Source: Vermamoeba vermiformis
Taxonomy: Eukaryota
NCBI GenBank assembly: GCA_045837725.1
Contig: JBEWZL010000018.1
Span: forward strand, 1-47,469
Length of the DNA: 47,469 bases
Direction: 5' to 3'
The translations under genes were made by a program, and so were the position numbers. Below, piece by piece: positions 1-12,140 of the stretch. Positions within the stretch are counted from its first letter, which is position 1, and every line of letters starts with the position of its first letter. The notes under the pieces are model-generated. The model was not told the DNA's origin and did no database searches. It saw nothing but the letters and a program-made list of their open reading frames with translations.

Positions 1-955
1 ATGGTTGTTTTCGCGAAAAAATCGAGTTGTATGAATTTGAATGCGTCGAACAGTAATCATTTATGTGGTAAATATAAGACCAAATTAGCAGCGCAGAGCC
101 ATTAGAATTTAAAGATGTAATGTTAAACTTTTCAAGCTTCCAAGACTGACCCCGGCTTGTCTCTGGATTTGACGCGAGGTGGCCATACTCGGCGTCATCT
201 TAAACAAGTGATGATGAGTCACTCAGTTCTTAGTCTCCTAGTGTTCGTTCTACTACGTGTCGAACATTGCCTGGATGATGTAATTTGCTCGCAACAAATG
301 CACGACTCTGCAAACGAACCAGACGGAAAAAACGCATTGCCGGAGTCCCATGTTAACCTTGTGCACGGTTCTATAGCTCAGCTTTCTTAATCAGAATGGG
401 GACTGATCAACCGAAATTTCAGTACGTGGTGCATGACTGTCAATCTTTGCGGCATTAAGTGTCAATTTCAACCCGAGATTTAACGGAATTGACTTCCCCA
501 ACACTGATTTGACTTGGTGCAGCTTACACCGCGATCAAATTCTATCTAATGGCTAGTACTAATCCCGATGAATCAGTTTTAAAAAAATAATTGTGATCTT
601 GGGACAGTATTTTCAATTTGAGATGATACTATAACGTTATTTAATCTCATACAGGGCGCTATAGATGTCCCAAAGAAACGCGTTTCTTAGACGCGAACGT
701 TCAAAACTAAAATTAGTTCGATATAAATCAGCATTACTTATTGAATGAAAGAGTAGATCTACTAGAGTGACTTCTGCGCATTTGATTGTACTCCAGATAT
801 GACATAATAGGATGGAAAAATGGCACTTAACGTCAATCAGCAAATGATGCCAGCTATTTCAGGACGAATCACATTGCACGTAAATTTCAGAATGGGACTG
901 GAACGGCCGTGTCAAGGAATAACTGAAAATTAAGATAAATGCAAGAAATGTCAGC

Positions 956-996
956 TATAAATAACGCGCGATTACGCTAATCTATTCATTCAGTTC
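956..996 (+). promoter_or_regulatory. TATA box (TATAAATA) plus initiator-like TCATTCAGTT upstream of small-gene paralogue 1
   Basis: TATAAATA at 956-963 and TTCATTCAGTTC about 30 nt downstream; the same pair precedes the three minus-strand paralogues. Confidence 0.6.
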
Positions 997-1044
997 AAAG
1001 CTAAAGAACGATCAACTCAACTTACCAAATCTACCTCGAAAAAA

Positions 1045-1574
1045 ATGTCCGAACCTAAAGTTACTCTCGCTCACAAGAAGAACCTTCGCGACGCTGAAGC
1101 CAAGAAGCCTGCCCTTATTGAACGCATCAAGGCTGCTACTGGCGTTGAATACGACTTCGAACTTGAACCCAAGTTTGACGAATTTGTCGTCGGCTTGATC
1201 AAGGGCGGATCTCGCTACCACGAACAAATTGGAGACGTTCTTTACAACCCTAATGGTTACCTCGACCACGCTGCCAAGCTGTAAGTATTTTTTAAATTCG
1301 AAGAAATTTCATTACTTCCGGATCGGCAAAACGATTTCCTTTACTGACGCAATTTGGACTTAGTTTCGAGAAGAACTGCAAGGACGACATGATCAAGGAA
1401 GCTATTGTTGACGCCACTTCCAACAAGAAGATCATTCTCCGCCTCGATCCGCAAGCCTCTGTCAACTCGTGCGTTTCATTCAAGGACGGCAATTTGATCC
1501 TTACTACTACTCCCAAGAACTTCAACAACTATTTGAGCTACATGTCTGACTTCGATATTTCCAAGATTTTGTAA
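1045..1574 (+). CDS. Small (~150 aa) protein of unknown function, paralogue 1 of 4; two exons (1045-1280, 1364-1574)
   Basis: GTAAGT..TAG intron joins ...HAAKL to FEKNCKDDMIKEAIV...; sequence and intron position are shared with three other copies. Confidence 0.85.
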
Positions 1575-1657
1575 ACGAATCTCGGATCTCCGAACCTTGT
1601 AGCGTACGACGAAAGATCTGCCGGAGAATAAAATTTCGTATAAGTAATAAACTAGTT

Positions 1658-2245
1658 TTATTTCATCTGATATACATGTGTAAACTTGGCTATGACTTCG
1701 GTTGAAACATTTTTCAAGAAGACCAGGCTGGTCAGATGCATGAGCGGAAGCAAACTTAATGCCTGCTCGTCGGTTGTATCGCAATTAATAGTAAGTTGTT
1801 GCAGGTTGGTAAGTTGTGTAGCTATATTCCAAAAGCCTATACTTCGCTGCGGAACGAATAAGTACTTCAGATCCGTCATTTTTGAAATGCAGCTAATGTC
1901 GATATTGTTGCTGACGAAGTGCAAGTACGTCAATTTGGATAGTGAATATAATCCCTGAACACCTTTATCTGGATTTGGGGTGGCAAAGTGCAAAAATTCC
2001 AAGTAAAGTCAGATCCGCTACGTTCACGTCAAATTTTGAGTCGCCCCATCGATAAATTGAAAGTTCTTTTAGCGTTGTTAGCTTTGACAAGAACATTTGA
2101 TATTGTGCATTGGCTCCAACATCTTCGACTGACTTAAGTGATGTCAAGTTGGTTAGCTGGGTTAAAAAATACATGTACCAGCCGTTATTAATCGCAACAC
2201 TTTCGACCGTCATCAAAGATTAGGATAGATCCAGAGATTTCAATT
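1658..2245 (-). pseudogene. Degraded C-terminal part of a leucine-rich-repeat gene
   Basis: LTQLTNLTSL/LSKLTTLKEL/LTNLQQL repeats split over two overlapping frames (frameshift near 2000), with an in-frame TAA near 2220. Confidence 0.65.
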
Positions 2246-2348
2246 TCTATTTCACAAAGACTAGTCTTATAAGTATATCGATGAAAGAAATAAATAGCTA
2301 CGAACTCATTTCAAGTAATATAAGACTCATTTTGATCAAAATATTCCA

Positions 2349-3247
2349 ATGGAGAGCAACGCAAATTTATTTAATTCTGGATCGAGCATTGATCTTCAAG
2401 ATCAGCATGACCAAGCATCGATTTTGGATGATATTGTATCTACTCCTGATTATATCGATCATGTACCTCCTCCTGCCCCTGTTCTTCTTCCCAGATTTCA
2501 TCTACCCGTTGATCTGGTCGTCAATCGCCCTCCCGCAAAGAATTTGCGCGCTCTTCCTTATGAATTGGTAGAAGACAAATTCAATACGTTTTGCTTTAAT
2601 GCTTTTGGACATATTCCTAAAGCAGGTGATAAAGGTAAGCTCAGATCCGGGTAGATAAGTTTTTTAATGAAATTTCTATTTTAGATTGCTGGATCCACTA
2701 TGGTAACATTCATGGAGCATATTTGAATAAGAATTACCCGGCAATCTACATTGAAAAGTGCAACTATAGACTTAGTCACATTGTCAAGCTGATCTACAAC
2801 AAGATCACTATTTGGGATCTGAATGAAGACCAATCCGACTACATTGTCTGCCCTGGGCGTGTGCCTCGCATGAAGGTTGATGCATCACATATTTGCCACC
2901 ACCCTCAATGCATCAATCCAGATCATATCAATTTTGAAGCTACAGCCATCAACATTGCCCGCAACTCTTGCTTCACTAAGAATCGCTGCAATGGTCACAA
3001 AGGTGCACCACCTTGCATTCTCATTAAGAAGGTCATCGCTCAACGGGAGAATGAGAAAGATGATGAAATTTCTGATTTCGACGATGAAATTTCAACGGAA
3101 GAAGCAACCACGAAGAGCAGAACCAGACTTGGTAAGGATGCGATTCGCATCATTAAGAAGTATCAATTTGATATTAACAAAAAGGATGAAGATAAGAACA
3201 AGTCCTTAAAGACCAAGAGAAGATTATTACGTAATAACAATAATTAA
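2349..3247 (+). CDS. His-Cys box (His-Me finger) homing-endonuclease-like protein; exons 2349-2634 and 2685-3247
   Basis: Spliced product has CW..Y..H then SHICHHPQCINPDHINFE..N..RNSC..C.GH..PPC, the I-PpoI/I-NjaI-type zinc-binding pattern, and a basic tail. Confidence 0.75.
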
Positions 3248-3294
3248 TTTAATTCTCTTTTATATTTAAATACACTATTGATTTGTATTTACAG

Positions 3295-4263
3295 TCATTT
3301 TATTATTATAGTTAAAATAAATATTATGTATTCACTTAATCCGTTTTTGGGGGTAGATAAGTTAATACGGGAAATTTCCTTTGAAAATTCGACGGTTTTG
3401 GCGTTTAAGACCAATTCAGTCAGTTTCGTTGAAGTTACGTATGGCGCGAATAAACTGTCGTGAATTTCAAGTCGTCTGCTGAACGATAAAGTCTCTAGAT
3501 CTGTCAATGCTGTCAAAAACTTCATCGGTGAAATTTCTCGTCCGTCGACAGTAAAATCAATGGCCAGTGATTTCAATTTCGTTAATACTGTCAATTCGTG
3601 TGATCGTGGGTTGTCATCGGCTAACAATCTAACTTTCAAAAATGTCAAATTTGTGTTGAGATCCAATCTTTCAGGTGAAGGTTGCGGCACTATTCCGTTG
3701 CGCGTTGCTAGCTGGACATTCAAACTTTCCAAATTTGGCAATAAATGGTGCGGAAATGATTGTCCTTGATTGTTTTTCCACTCCAGGTGTTTCAGACCTG
3801 TCATACTTGCCACGACTTCGTTGTTGACGTCGATCGTTCCTTCAAAGAAAGCCACCAATGACGTAAGTTTCTCGGGAAATTTCAGGTTTTCTAAAATTGC
3901 TGCATTTTGTAACGGTTTGGAGATCGAGACGGTGAGACTTTGCAAGTTGGTCAGATGTGTCAAGAAATTTACGGTCAGTTCGTCGTAAGCGTCCACTTGT
4001 GTGATATTTGGTAAGTAAGGTAACAATTGAGAATACACGGACCGATGGGCAGGTTGTATATGGAGTTGTTGTAAGTTGGTCAAAGTTGTCAAGCGGATCC
4101 AGTTTTCGACAGGGAACTGAGTGTAGTTTCGATCCGGGATAATAAATGACAATAAAATAATGCCCGTAATTATAAAAGCACTAGCAATGCCGATCAACGC
4201 ACGACTGCAAGGCTGCAGCACTTCAGTTAAAGTGCCGGCAAACTTCTTTCCTCCTCGGCCCAT
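3295..4263 (-). CDS. Chimeric ORF: N-terminus and TM helix of a small membrane protein fused in frame to an LRR region
   Basis: 322-aa ORF; most of the first ~39 codons lie in the 98-bp segment duplicated at 12135-12232, the rest is LxxLTNLxxL repeats. Confidence 0.6.
   Translation of the reverse strand: MGRGGKKFAGTLTEVLQPCSRALIGIASAFIITGIILLSFIIPDRNYTQFPVENWIRLTTLTNLQQLHIQPAHRSVYSQLLPYLPNITQVDAYDELTVNFLTHLTNLQSLTVSISKPLQNAAILENLKFPEKLTSLVAFFEGTIDVNNEVVASMTGLKHLEWKNNQGQSFPHHLLPNLESLNVQLATRNGIVPQPSPERLDLNTNLTFLKVRLLADDNPRSHELTVLTKLKSLAIDFTVDGREISPMKFLTALTDLETLSFSRRLEIHDSLFAPYVTSTKLTELVLNAKTVEFSKEISRINLSTPKNGLSEYIIFILTIIIK
4147..4244. repeat. 98-bp inverted duplication, copy A (partner 12135-12232)
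   Basis: Reverse complement matches 12135-12232 with no mismatch seen. Confidence 0.95.
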
Positions 4264-4500
4264 TGTTAGTCGCTTTGCTTGTTACGTATGACAGAATTGG
4301 CGGTGCTGTCAGTCAAAATTCTTTTTGTTTCGTCACCGGACACGTACGAGACAAAATCTACTTTACTAATAACGAAGCTTTAAAAAAAAGATCTTTATTT
4401 TCAGCAACACTTTTAACCACGGAAAGATGCTAGCCCAGTAAATTAGTATGTTAACCGCCAGCCGCGACGGTCGCTAAGCAAAATCTGTTCATTTTCTTTC

Positions 4501-4695
4501 AGGATGCTTGATGCTCGAGGCGGTTCTTCGTCGAATTGAAATCGGATTTTCGCAGGTTCGAATCCTGTCGCGGTTGATGCCAGCCATGGCGATTGCTTAG
4601 CAAGGGCTGTGGCTGAACTTGCCGTGTGGCGGAGTGGTTAACGCGTCTTTAGAACGCCTAGCGCTGCCATCCTATGTTGTTTTCTTTTTTTTTTT
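4501..4695 (+). ncRNA. Circularly permuted tRNA or tRNA-like Pol III RNA (anticodon-like TGA)
   Basis: T arm with B box GGTTCGAATCC (4555-4565) lies upstream of D arm with A box TGGCGGAGTGG (4627-4637); CGCGGTT (4569-4575) pairs with TGCCGTG (4620-4626); termini pair (AGGATG/CATCCT); T-run follows. Confidence 0.65.
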
Positions 4696-4726
4696 GTGGA
4701 GGCAAGATCTGATCCGGATCAGTTCG

Positions 4727-7087
4727 TTAATTCATGGCAATAGATTCGTCTTCTATGATCTCTTGAATAACTTGAGCCACTTCATCAAGATCGATTGTAG
4801 TGTTATTTGGGACTGGTTCATGATTTTGATGTAATTGTAAATCAAGCACGATTTGTTTTTCTCGTGGTACTCGGTAACGTGTCAGCGTGGCTTCATGAAC
4901 TTTTTGACAGTCTTCGACATGCAAAGTAGGAAGTACTAGGCGATAGTTCTTGCTAGTCTTAAACTCGATGATCGTACTTTCAGGGTTGTTGACGATCCGC
5001 TCGACTTTTTCGGCTAGATCGGCCAAACTGACCACGGCCTCACCATTAACTTCTTCAATAACGCCACCGACAAAATCATCGTAGCTGATATTAAGATCGT
5101 TTACAAGGACCATTGAGAGCACTACGACCTGTCAAAAGAAAAGTTTAAAAAATTATGCTCGGTGACACGTGTGACCCACGTACTTCGTCAATAAATTCCA
5201 ACTTGCGCTTGCCACTCTCATCGAATAAATAGGTCAATTCTGATGGTGCCCGAGAGTACCAGTTCTAAAAATATGATTATTAACATAAGGCTAACAATAT
5301 AATAGAGAATGCTTACCGCTGAGTAGAGGGCGTGCAGCAGATCCAAACTCACTGGTTGAAATACTAAGCCACAATAGACAAAATAGCGTGGATGAACGTC
5401 AAATTTAAACAACGGAATTAAGTCTTTGAGTGGCTTTAACGGGAATGAAATTGTTTGTTCTTCGCCGTTACGCAAGATCTTCATCGTGATCAGGTCGCCA
5501 ACGAAATGTTCCATTACGAGTACTGTCGCATCTGTTCTAATACCGTGATAGTATTTAACGGTACCATTATTTTCGACAGAGTATCCATCAATTTCAAGGA
5601 TTACGTCGCCTATGAAACAAATCCGGATCAGATTCGCCCAACGTTTAAAAGAAAATAAGCTTAATAAATTTAAATTACCCTCTTTTAAATGTCCCCATGC
5701 TGAATTTTTTGCAAATACTTTCGTCACAAGGACACCACTATGATGTTCTTGCATTTTGACTCGTTTTCGCAAGATCGGGTTCTGCATCACTTCAACGCTA
5801 ATGCCCAAATCAGGAAATGCTTGGTAATTGCGTCCAAATCTCTTATTTCCTTCCAAGAAATGATTTATGATCGGAAAAGGCACGATATAGCCCTAAGACG
5901 GTTGGATCAGCAAAAAATTAATTAAGAATTTGATGCAATTGTTATACCGTATTTTCAGCGCTAGATAACGATTGAAATGCTATTCCTATAATGAACTATA
6001 TTAGAAATTTCCTAATAAGGCTATCAGAATTAACTTACCGATTAACTTTCCTTCGCGCGATAAAACTGGACCGCCACTATTACCAGCTATTATAATATTA
6101 ATACTACTTATTGAATATAGATGATATTTTGAACTTACAATTAATTGCAGCGTCTACTTGGCCCGCAAGCAATGCTTTTCTTGAATGCGAATAAACTTGG
6201 ACCTCGATCCGCGATACGATTCCTTCAGTAATGCTCAGCTATAATTAATTACTATCAATATATATAATACTACTAAGATATGTTATCTTTACCTCTTCAC
6301 CGCCAACAGGAAATCCACAAACGTTAACGCGATCTCGAAGTTTTGGCAGCGGTCCTATTTCAATTGGAGTAATGCCAGCCAGAAAACTCGGATTGGTTGA
6401 TTCTAATAGCGCTAAATCACTATCATGACACACATTCACTACTCGCGCACTAACATGGAAAATTAGTTGGATCTGATCGTGGCATTAGAAACAATACAAA
6501 CTTACCTGCATTTATTAGGATCGCTTATTTTTTGAATCTATATCGATTATATTAATATATGAAGCTGAAATACTTGTTTTGAGCTCGACTTACTTGGATG
6601 TATGTTGCTGAACTAATTACGTGAGCTGCTGTGAGAATAAGATTATCACCAATTACTGCTCCGCTACCTATATAGAGCAAATTAGTATTTAACTCTTATT
6701 TGCAAAACTAAGTTGCCAGTAACGAGCGAAAAAAAATAGATCTGCATAATTGCCTGAATTAAATTATTACAGATATAGTGATGTTTTGTTTTATTATTAA
6801 CTGTAAAAATATATTGTATATGATACGGACCTGTAGCAATTAAAATATCGGATGTCTGCCAAGGGATCGAATAATCAGGCTTTTGAGCAGTGGTAAATAT
6901 TTTAACGACTGCTGATACATTTAGAGATGGCTCTTTACTATAATAAGCACGAGTAAATACGCAAATTAAATAATTCGTCTCCAACAAAATCTTTTTTTTT
7001 TTTTTGTCAATCTGCTTACGTAGTAATTCCAAGCGCTACTTTTAATTGGTCTATATCTTCAACGCTTAAATTAGTTAAATTATCCAT
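4727..7087 (-). CDS. Deg/HtrA-family serine protease with PDZ domains, multi-exon
   Basis: SAVVKIF..PDYSIPWQ, ILTAAHV, CHDSDLALL, GFPVGG, GNSGGP, then PDZ-like GVLV..GDVILEIDG and YFVYCGLVF; start codon inferred. Confidence 0.88.
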
Positions 7088-7392
7088 AGTGATGGCGGTG
7101 TATGGTGGATAACTGTTAATGCAAAAGAAACTCAGTCAAAAAAAAATCTTGGTACTGGCACAACACGTGCGATCTCTTTTTCTTCACATATAATATACAA
7201 TATAACTGCCAAAAAATGCAATATCATGGTCAGGAAGAGGTTTGTATTTATTCAAAGCGATTTTTGAAAATTAAGATCTGCCTAATTTATTTAAAAATGT
7301 ACAATAATTCAAATAATTACGGCAATATCCCTGCGCATAATAATTGAATTATATCCGATAGATGTTGAAAAAAGCCCGCGTAATTTCGATGT

Positions 7393-7959
7393 TTACAAGA
7401 TCTTGGTGACATCGAAGTTAGCAATGCTGCTCAACCACAAATAGAACTTCTTAGGCGTGATATAGAAGTACATGTTACCGTCCTTGAATGCAACGCACTT
7501 CTCAGAGGGAACATCGTCGTTGGACAAAGCGAGGATGAGTTTCTTGTTGGGAGTGGCCTCAACGATAGCCTCCTTGATCATATCATCCTTGCAAGCAGTC
7601 TCGAAACTACATATATTAAGGTAAGTAACTTATAATTTAGTAACAAACAACAAAGTTTCAATTTGTAACGGAGCAAATCCGTTTCAAATTCTTTAGAAAG
7701 TATTATTTAACGATGATACTTACAGTTGGGCAATATGAGCGAGGTAACCGTCGTCGTTGAAGAGACCCTCACCAACGCGTTCATGGTAGCCAGATCCAGC
7801 CTTGATCAAACCAATGACAAAGTCGTCGAACTTGGGCTCAAGGTCAAAGGTGTAGTCGACGCCAGAGGCAGCCTTAATCTTAGCAAGGAGAGCGGGCTTC
7901 TTTGCTTCAGCATCACGGAAGTTCTTCTTGTGAGCGAGGGTAACTTTAGCTTCGGCCAT
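7393..7959 (-). CDS. Small protein paralogue 2; two exons
   Basis: MAEAKVTLAHKKNFRDAE.. joined to ..DDMIKEAIVEATPNKK..FDVTKIL. Confidence 0.85.
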
Positions 7960-8835
7960 TTTTGTTGGATTTGGTAAGTTGTTTTGTTGTTGTTCGTTCT
8001 TTTGTTTTGAACTGAATGAATAGACCGATCCAAATCATTCGCTATTTATACCTGGTTCTTCCACCAATTATCTTAGGTTTTGTAATTTCAATCGGGCAAC
8101 AGGCCTTTGTAATTGTCCTCTTCAAATGCGATTCAATCAGAAAAAGTTAGGATCTGCAACAGCTGTTGCCACCTCTTAGAATAGATGTTTAACGTGCTTA
8201 TACTGACCTTTATTAAACAGATATATTATCACAAGGTCGGATCAGTCATCTCCGAAGTATTTCTGACAGATCTTTTGACTTCGACTGAACGCAACAAAAT
8301 ATTCGCTAATGGAGATCCTATGCGATATAACATATACCATTAATATTGCCAATATCATCGATGCAGTTAGTCGCGTTCAACCAAGTCTCGAGATAGATTT
8401 TTTGGACGGATGCGAAATTCAGAAAAAACTTCGAACGACATCTCTCGTGCTTGAAAGTGCCGAACTTGTGGCTATAATTCACTATAACTCAACGTCAAGG
8501 ATTCCAATGCAAATGGGGATGTTGAAGTTGATCAACTCGTTAATCGGCCTTGCATACTTTGACACTCCAATAGCATTCAATTAACGCAATGTAATTTCAG
8601 TCGAACATGGAGACAATAGTTGATATCAAATAAGTGCTCTTTAAATATGAGTGATATGGAAACGAATGTATGGACTTCGCTTCCTAGCAAGTTCTAGGAT
8701 TAATGCCAGGGCTGAAAAAACGTCGCCCGATTCGTCAAACGCAAAGACAGCACCACTCGTAAGTTTAATAAAAATTCGCACAAGTTATTCTAACTTGCTT
8801 ATTAGGACTTTATTGGTTATACGCTAGCTCGCACT

Positions 8836-9432
8836 TTACAAGATCTTAGTGACATCGAACTTGGAGTAAGTGCTCATCCAAGAGAAGAAGTACTTGGGAG
8901 TGACGTAGAGGTACATGCTGCCGTCCTTGAACTCGATGCACTTGGCGTCGGGAACCTCGCCGGATGTGACCAAGCTGAGGATGATCTTCTTGTTGGGAGT
9001 GGCGTCAACAATAGCCTCCTTGATCATATCGTCCTTGCAGCTCTTTTCCAACCTATAAATATCGTAAGTAATCAATACGAAACGGTTTCAATATTTTTAT
9101 ATGAAATTTCGCGGTAATTTTTTGCCGGTACGCGAACCAATTAAATTGATATCGATTGAAGCATAACTAATTAAATTATATTATAATACTTACAGCATAG
9201 CAGCTTGTGCGAGATAGCCGTCGTCTTTGTTGTAGAACGCTTCACCAATACGTTCGTGGCTGGCAGATCCGCCCTTGATCAGAGCAATGACGAACTCGTC
9301 GAACTTGGGCTCGAATTCGAAGGTGTATTCGACACCAGTAGCAGCCTTGATTCTATCGAGAAGGGCAGGCTTGTTTGCTTCGGCATCACGAAGGTTTTTC
9401 TTGTGAGCGAGAGTGACTTTAGGTTCGGCCAT
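8836..9432 (-). CDS. Small protein paralogue 3; two exons
   Basis: MAEPKVTLAHKKNLRDAE.. joined to ..KSCKDDMIKEAIV..FDVTKIL. Confidence 0.85.
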
Positions 9433-10454
9433 TTTTTTCAAAGTAGATTGATTTTTTGTTGTTTGTTCTTTAGTTTTGAACTGAATGAATATAATCGAAG
9501 CAACCGATCGTTATTTATACGTGATATTTCTGACTATTATCTTAATTTTCAGGACGCCCGTGCAGTCCCTTCCGTCTGTGATTCAACTACGCAGCAAAGA
9601 ATTCAAAACGCAGCATCCACAAATAATTTAATATCGATAATGGATGCTTGATCGCCATATCGTCCTTGCAGATCCTTCGACAATCGGTATGTAACGTGGA
9701 TCTGGTTTCTGAAGCATTTTTTTTGAAATCGACAAGTGATTTTGCAACGTATTATTACTTCTATTATATGCCCTATAGTTAGTTTGAAGCGACAGATCGT
9801 TTCGTTTTGATCGCAATTATTAAGAACTATGTTTTTAAATTCCGTAACTTTATTACCCGTAGAACTCGATTCGTAACTTATTCTGATGCTTTTTTTGGCA
9901 CTTATTAACGTACCTTTTATTAGAACAATGCAATATACGCAACTTTTCATTGACTGCACTTCCGTTACCGAAACTCGTTATCGAATCCAGTAGATGCGTT
10001 GACGTAAAATCGCGTAATCGGCATGATTAATTATATGCAGTATAGGTACGAACAATATGGAATTGAATATCGCGCGTATTAAATTATGCAATGTATATGA
10101 ACAAACGCCATTTGTGGATGTATTTAATTGGGACGTTAACCTAACGTAGTCATAATTCGGATATTTATCTTAATTTTCAGATATTCGACGGGACTGGTCC
10201 AACTCCACAACACAACACAACACATTCTAGTATGCTATCATATGGTATTATTGCTCGTTTTCTTGGTGCTGTGCGTAAACTTCAGCTAGGACCAGATCCG
10301 CTGATCCGTTACACTACGCTGCTGATATTCATAAGAACATATCAAGCGGATGAATAGTATTATTGGCGGTAATATGTGACTTATAAACGTTTATTAGATC
10401 CAAAGTTTACACGCACAATGGATACCGAGAATAACAATCGCTGGTATCAACATT

Positions 10455-11043
10455 TTACAAGATCTGAGTGATGTCGAAGTTGGAGTAAGTGCTCATCCAC
10501 GAGTAGAAGTACTTGGGAGTGACGTAGAGGTACATGCTGCCGTCCTTGAATTGAATGCACTTGGCGTCATCAACTTCGCCGGATGTGACCAAGCTGAGAA
10601 TGATCTTCTTGTTGGGCGTGGCTTCAACAATGGCCTCCTTGATCATATCGTCCTTGCAGTTCTTTTCGAACCTAATAATTAAATATACGTAAGTACTAGT
10701 AATATTGAAATTTATCGGTAATAGTTTTTGTCGAGGCACATCCACACAAAATTTTATGCACGAGCTTGTTATATAACGTGACTGATTATTAATTATGATA
10801 TACTTACAGTTGGGCAACGTGGGAGAGATAGCCGTCGTCCTTGTAAAAGCCTTCACCAACACGCTCGTGGGTAGGAGCTGCGCCCTTGATCAAACCAATG
10901 ACAAAGTCGTCGAACTTGGGCTCGATTTCGAAGGTGTAATCGACGCCAGTAGAAGCCTTAATCTTAGCGAGAAGGGCAGGTTTGTTTGCTTCAGCGTCAC
11001 GAAGGTTCTTCTTGTGAGCGAGGGTGACTTTTGCTTCGGCCAT
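10455..11043 (-). CDS. Small protein paralogue 4; two exons
   Basis: MAEAKVTLAHKKNLRDAE.. joined to FEKNCKDDMIKEAIV..FDITQIL. Confidence 0.85.
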
Positions 11044-11324
11044 TTTTTCGTTGGATTTGGTAAGTTGTTTTGTTGTTGTTCGTTCTTTAGTTTTGAACTG
11101 AATGAATAGACTAGCGCAATAAATCGTTATTTATACCTGGTTCTTCCAGCAATTATCTTAGGATTTGTAATTTCAATCGTTCAAGCTACTAAGCCTTCCG
11201 TCACTTCCAGAAATGTGATTCAATCAGAAAAAAGTACGAAGTGTTGGTCTTTTCGTGTCTAGCCTGTAGATCCTGATGCATCCACAATTAAATATAAGAT
11301 GTTAGATCATTAGCTCCACACATC

Positions 11325-11553
11325 GAACCAGTTTGTAACGGTGCGGATCTCGTTACGAAGAATTCGTAATTTGAACATTCAAAGCTTTTTTCCAATTACT
11401 TGCAGGTGTTGGTCTTAGTTCGTAGATCGTTATGTAACCAGAATTAAATATGACGCTAGCTCATGAGGTTGAACCAAATTGTAACGGTGCGGATCACGTT
11501 AACGAAGAATTTAATTTGAACGTTCAAATCCCTTTTTCCTGTTATTTGCAGGT
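11325..11553. repeat. Two imperfect ~83-bp direct repeats (~11325-11407 and ~11471-11553)
   Basis: Both read GAACCA..TGTAACGGTGCGGATC.CGTTA..CGAAGAATT..TTTGAAC.TTCAAA..TTGCAGGT. Confidence 0.8.
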
Positions 11554-11846
11554 AATAGTATGACGGATCCAAATTTTAAAAGGTTTGGAACCACCAGCCA
11601 AAGCGACAGAATCTTATGGAACTCGCAAGTCCCGTGCAGATTTTCGAAACAAAACAAAACATTTTACTTAAAATAACATAGTAACATAAACCACGTATTA
11701 ACTGGTTATATAATAAATCAAGAAATGGTAAGTAGGAGCTTGCAACGGTGAGTGCTGTCTCGATCCTTAATGTCAAACTTAGGATAGAGTCTAATTAATA
11801 ACGTTAGCACGCGCATAATATTTGCATAATTTTAATAAAATTAAAA

Positions 11847-12140
11847 TGCTAGGATTTAAGGCCGCCGGAGATCATCCAACGGATTTTAGATTTTTCGGAT
11901 GTAAAATCGAGACTGAATTCTCGCTTGGTTTGCACTCAATGGCGAGATATTGCAGTACTAAATAATTTCGTTATAAATTACACCACAAGAGAACAAGTAT
12001 TACAGGTCATAGAGCAAATGTCGAAGTTGACACATCCGATCGGTCTTACTTTTGCCAAAACAAGGTTCAAAGAGAATGGACCGTCGGATCAATTCACAGA
12101 ACTATTGGAAATATCTCGTTTGACGAACTTAACTAGTTTG
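11847..12140 (+). pseudogene. 5' fragment of an F-box/LRR gene, cut at the inversion breakpoint
   Basis: PPEIIQRILDFSDVKSRLNSRLVCTQWRDIA (F-box-like) to EISRLTNLTSL, then runs into the 98-bp duplicate. Confidence 0.7.

Noticed and set aside
157-843. Two short ORFs
   Set aside because: Non-ATG starts, no recognisable motifs, no splice support
2650-3363. GGGTAGATAAGTT occurring near 2650 and 3351 as a possible target duplication
   Set aside because: The first copy is inside the endonuclease gene's intron, so the pair does not bracket the gene
4411-4481. Short segments complementary to the tRNA-like RNA (TTAACCAC, CCGCCA, AGCCGCGAC, GCTAAGCAA)
   Set aside because: Matches are only 6-9 nt and not collinear, so they cannot be separated from chance
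4619-4834. 71-aa ORF
   Set aside because: Non-ATG start; overlaps the RNA gene, the poly-T run and the antisense protease end
8309-8584. 91-aa ORF between paralogues, and likewise the ORFs at 9603-9959
   Set aside because: No motif or codon-bias support; probably intergenic
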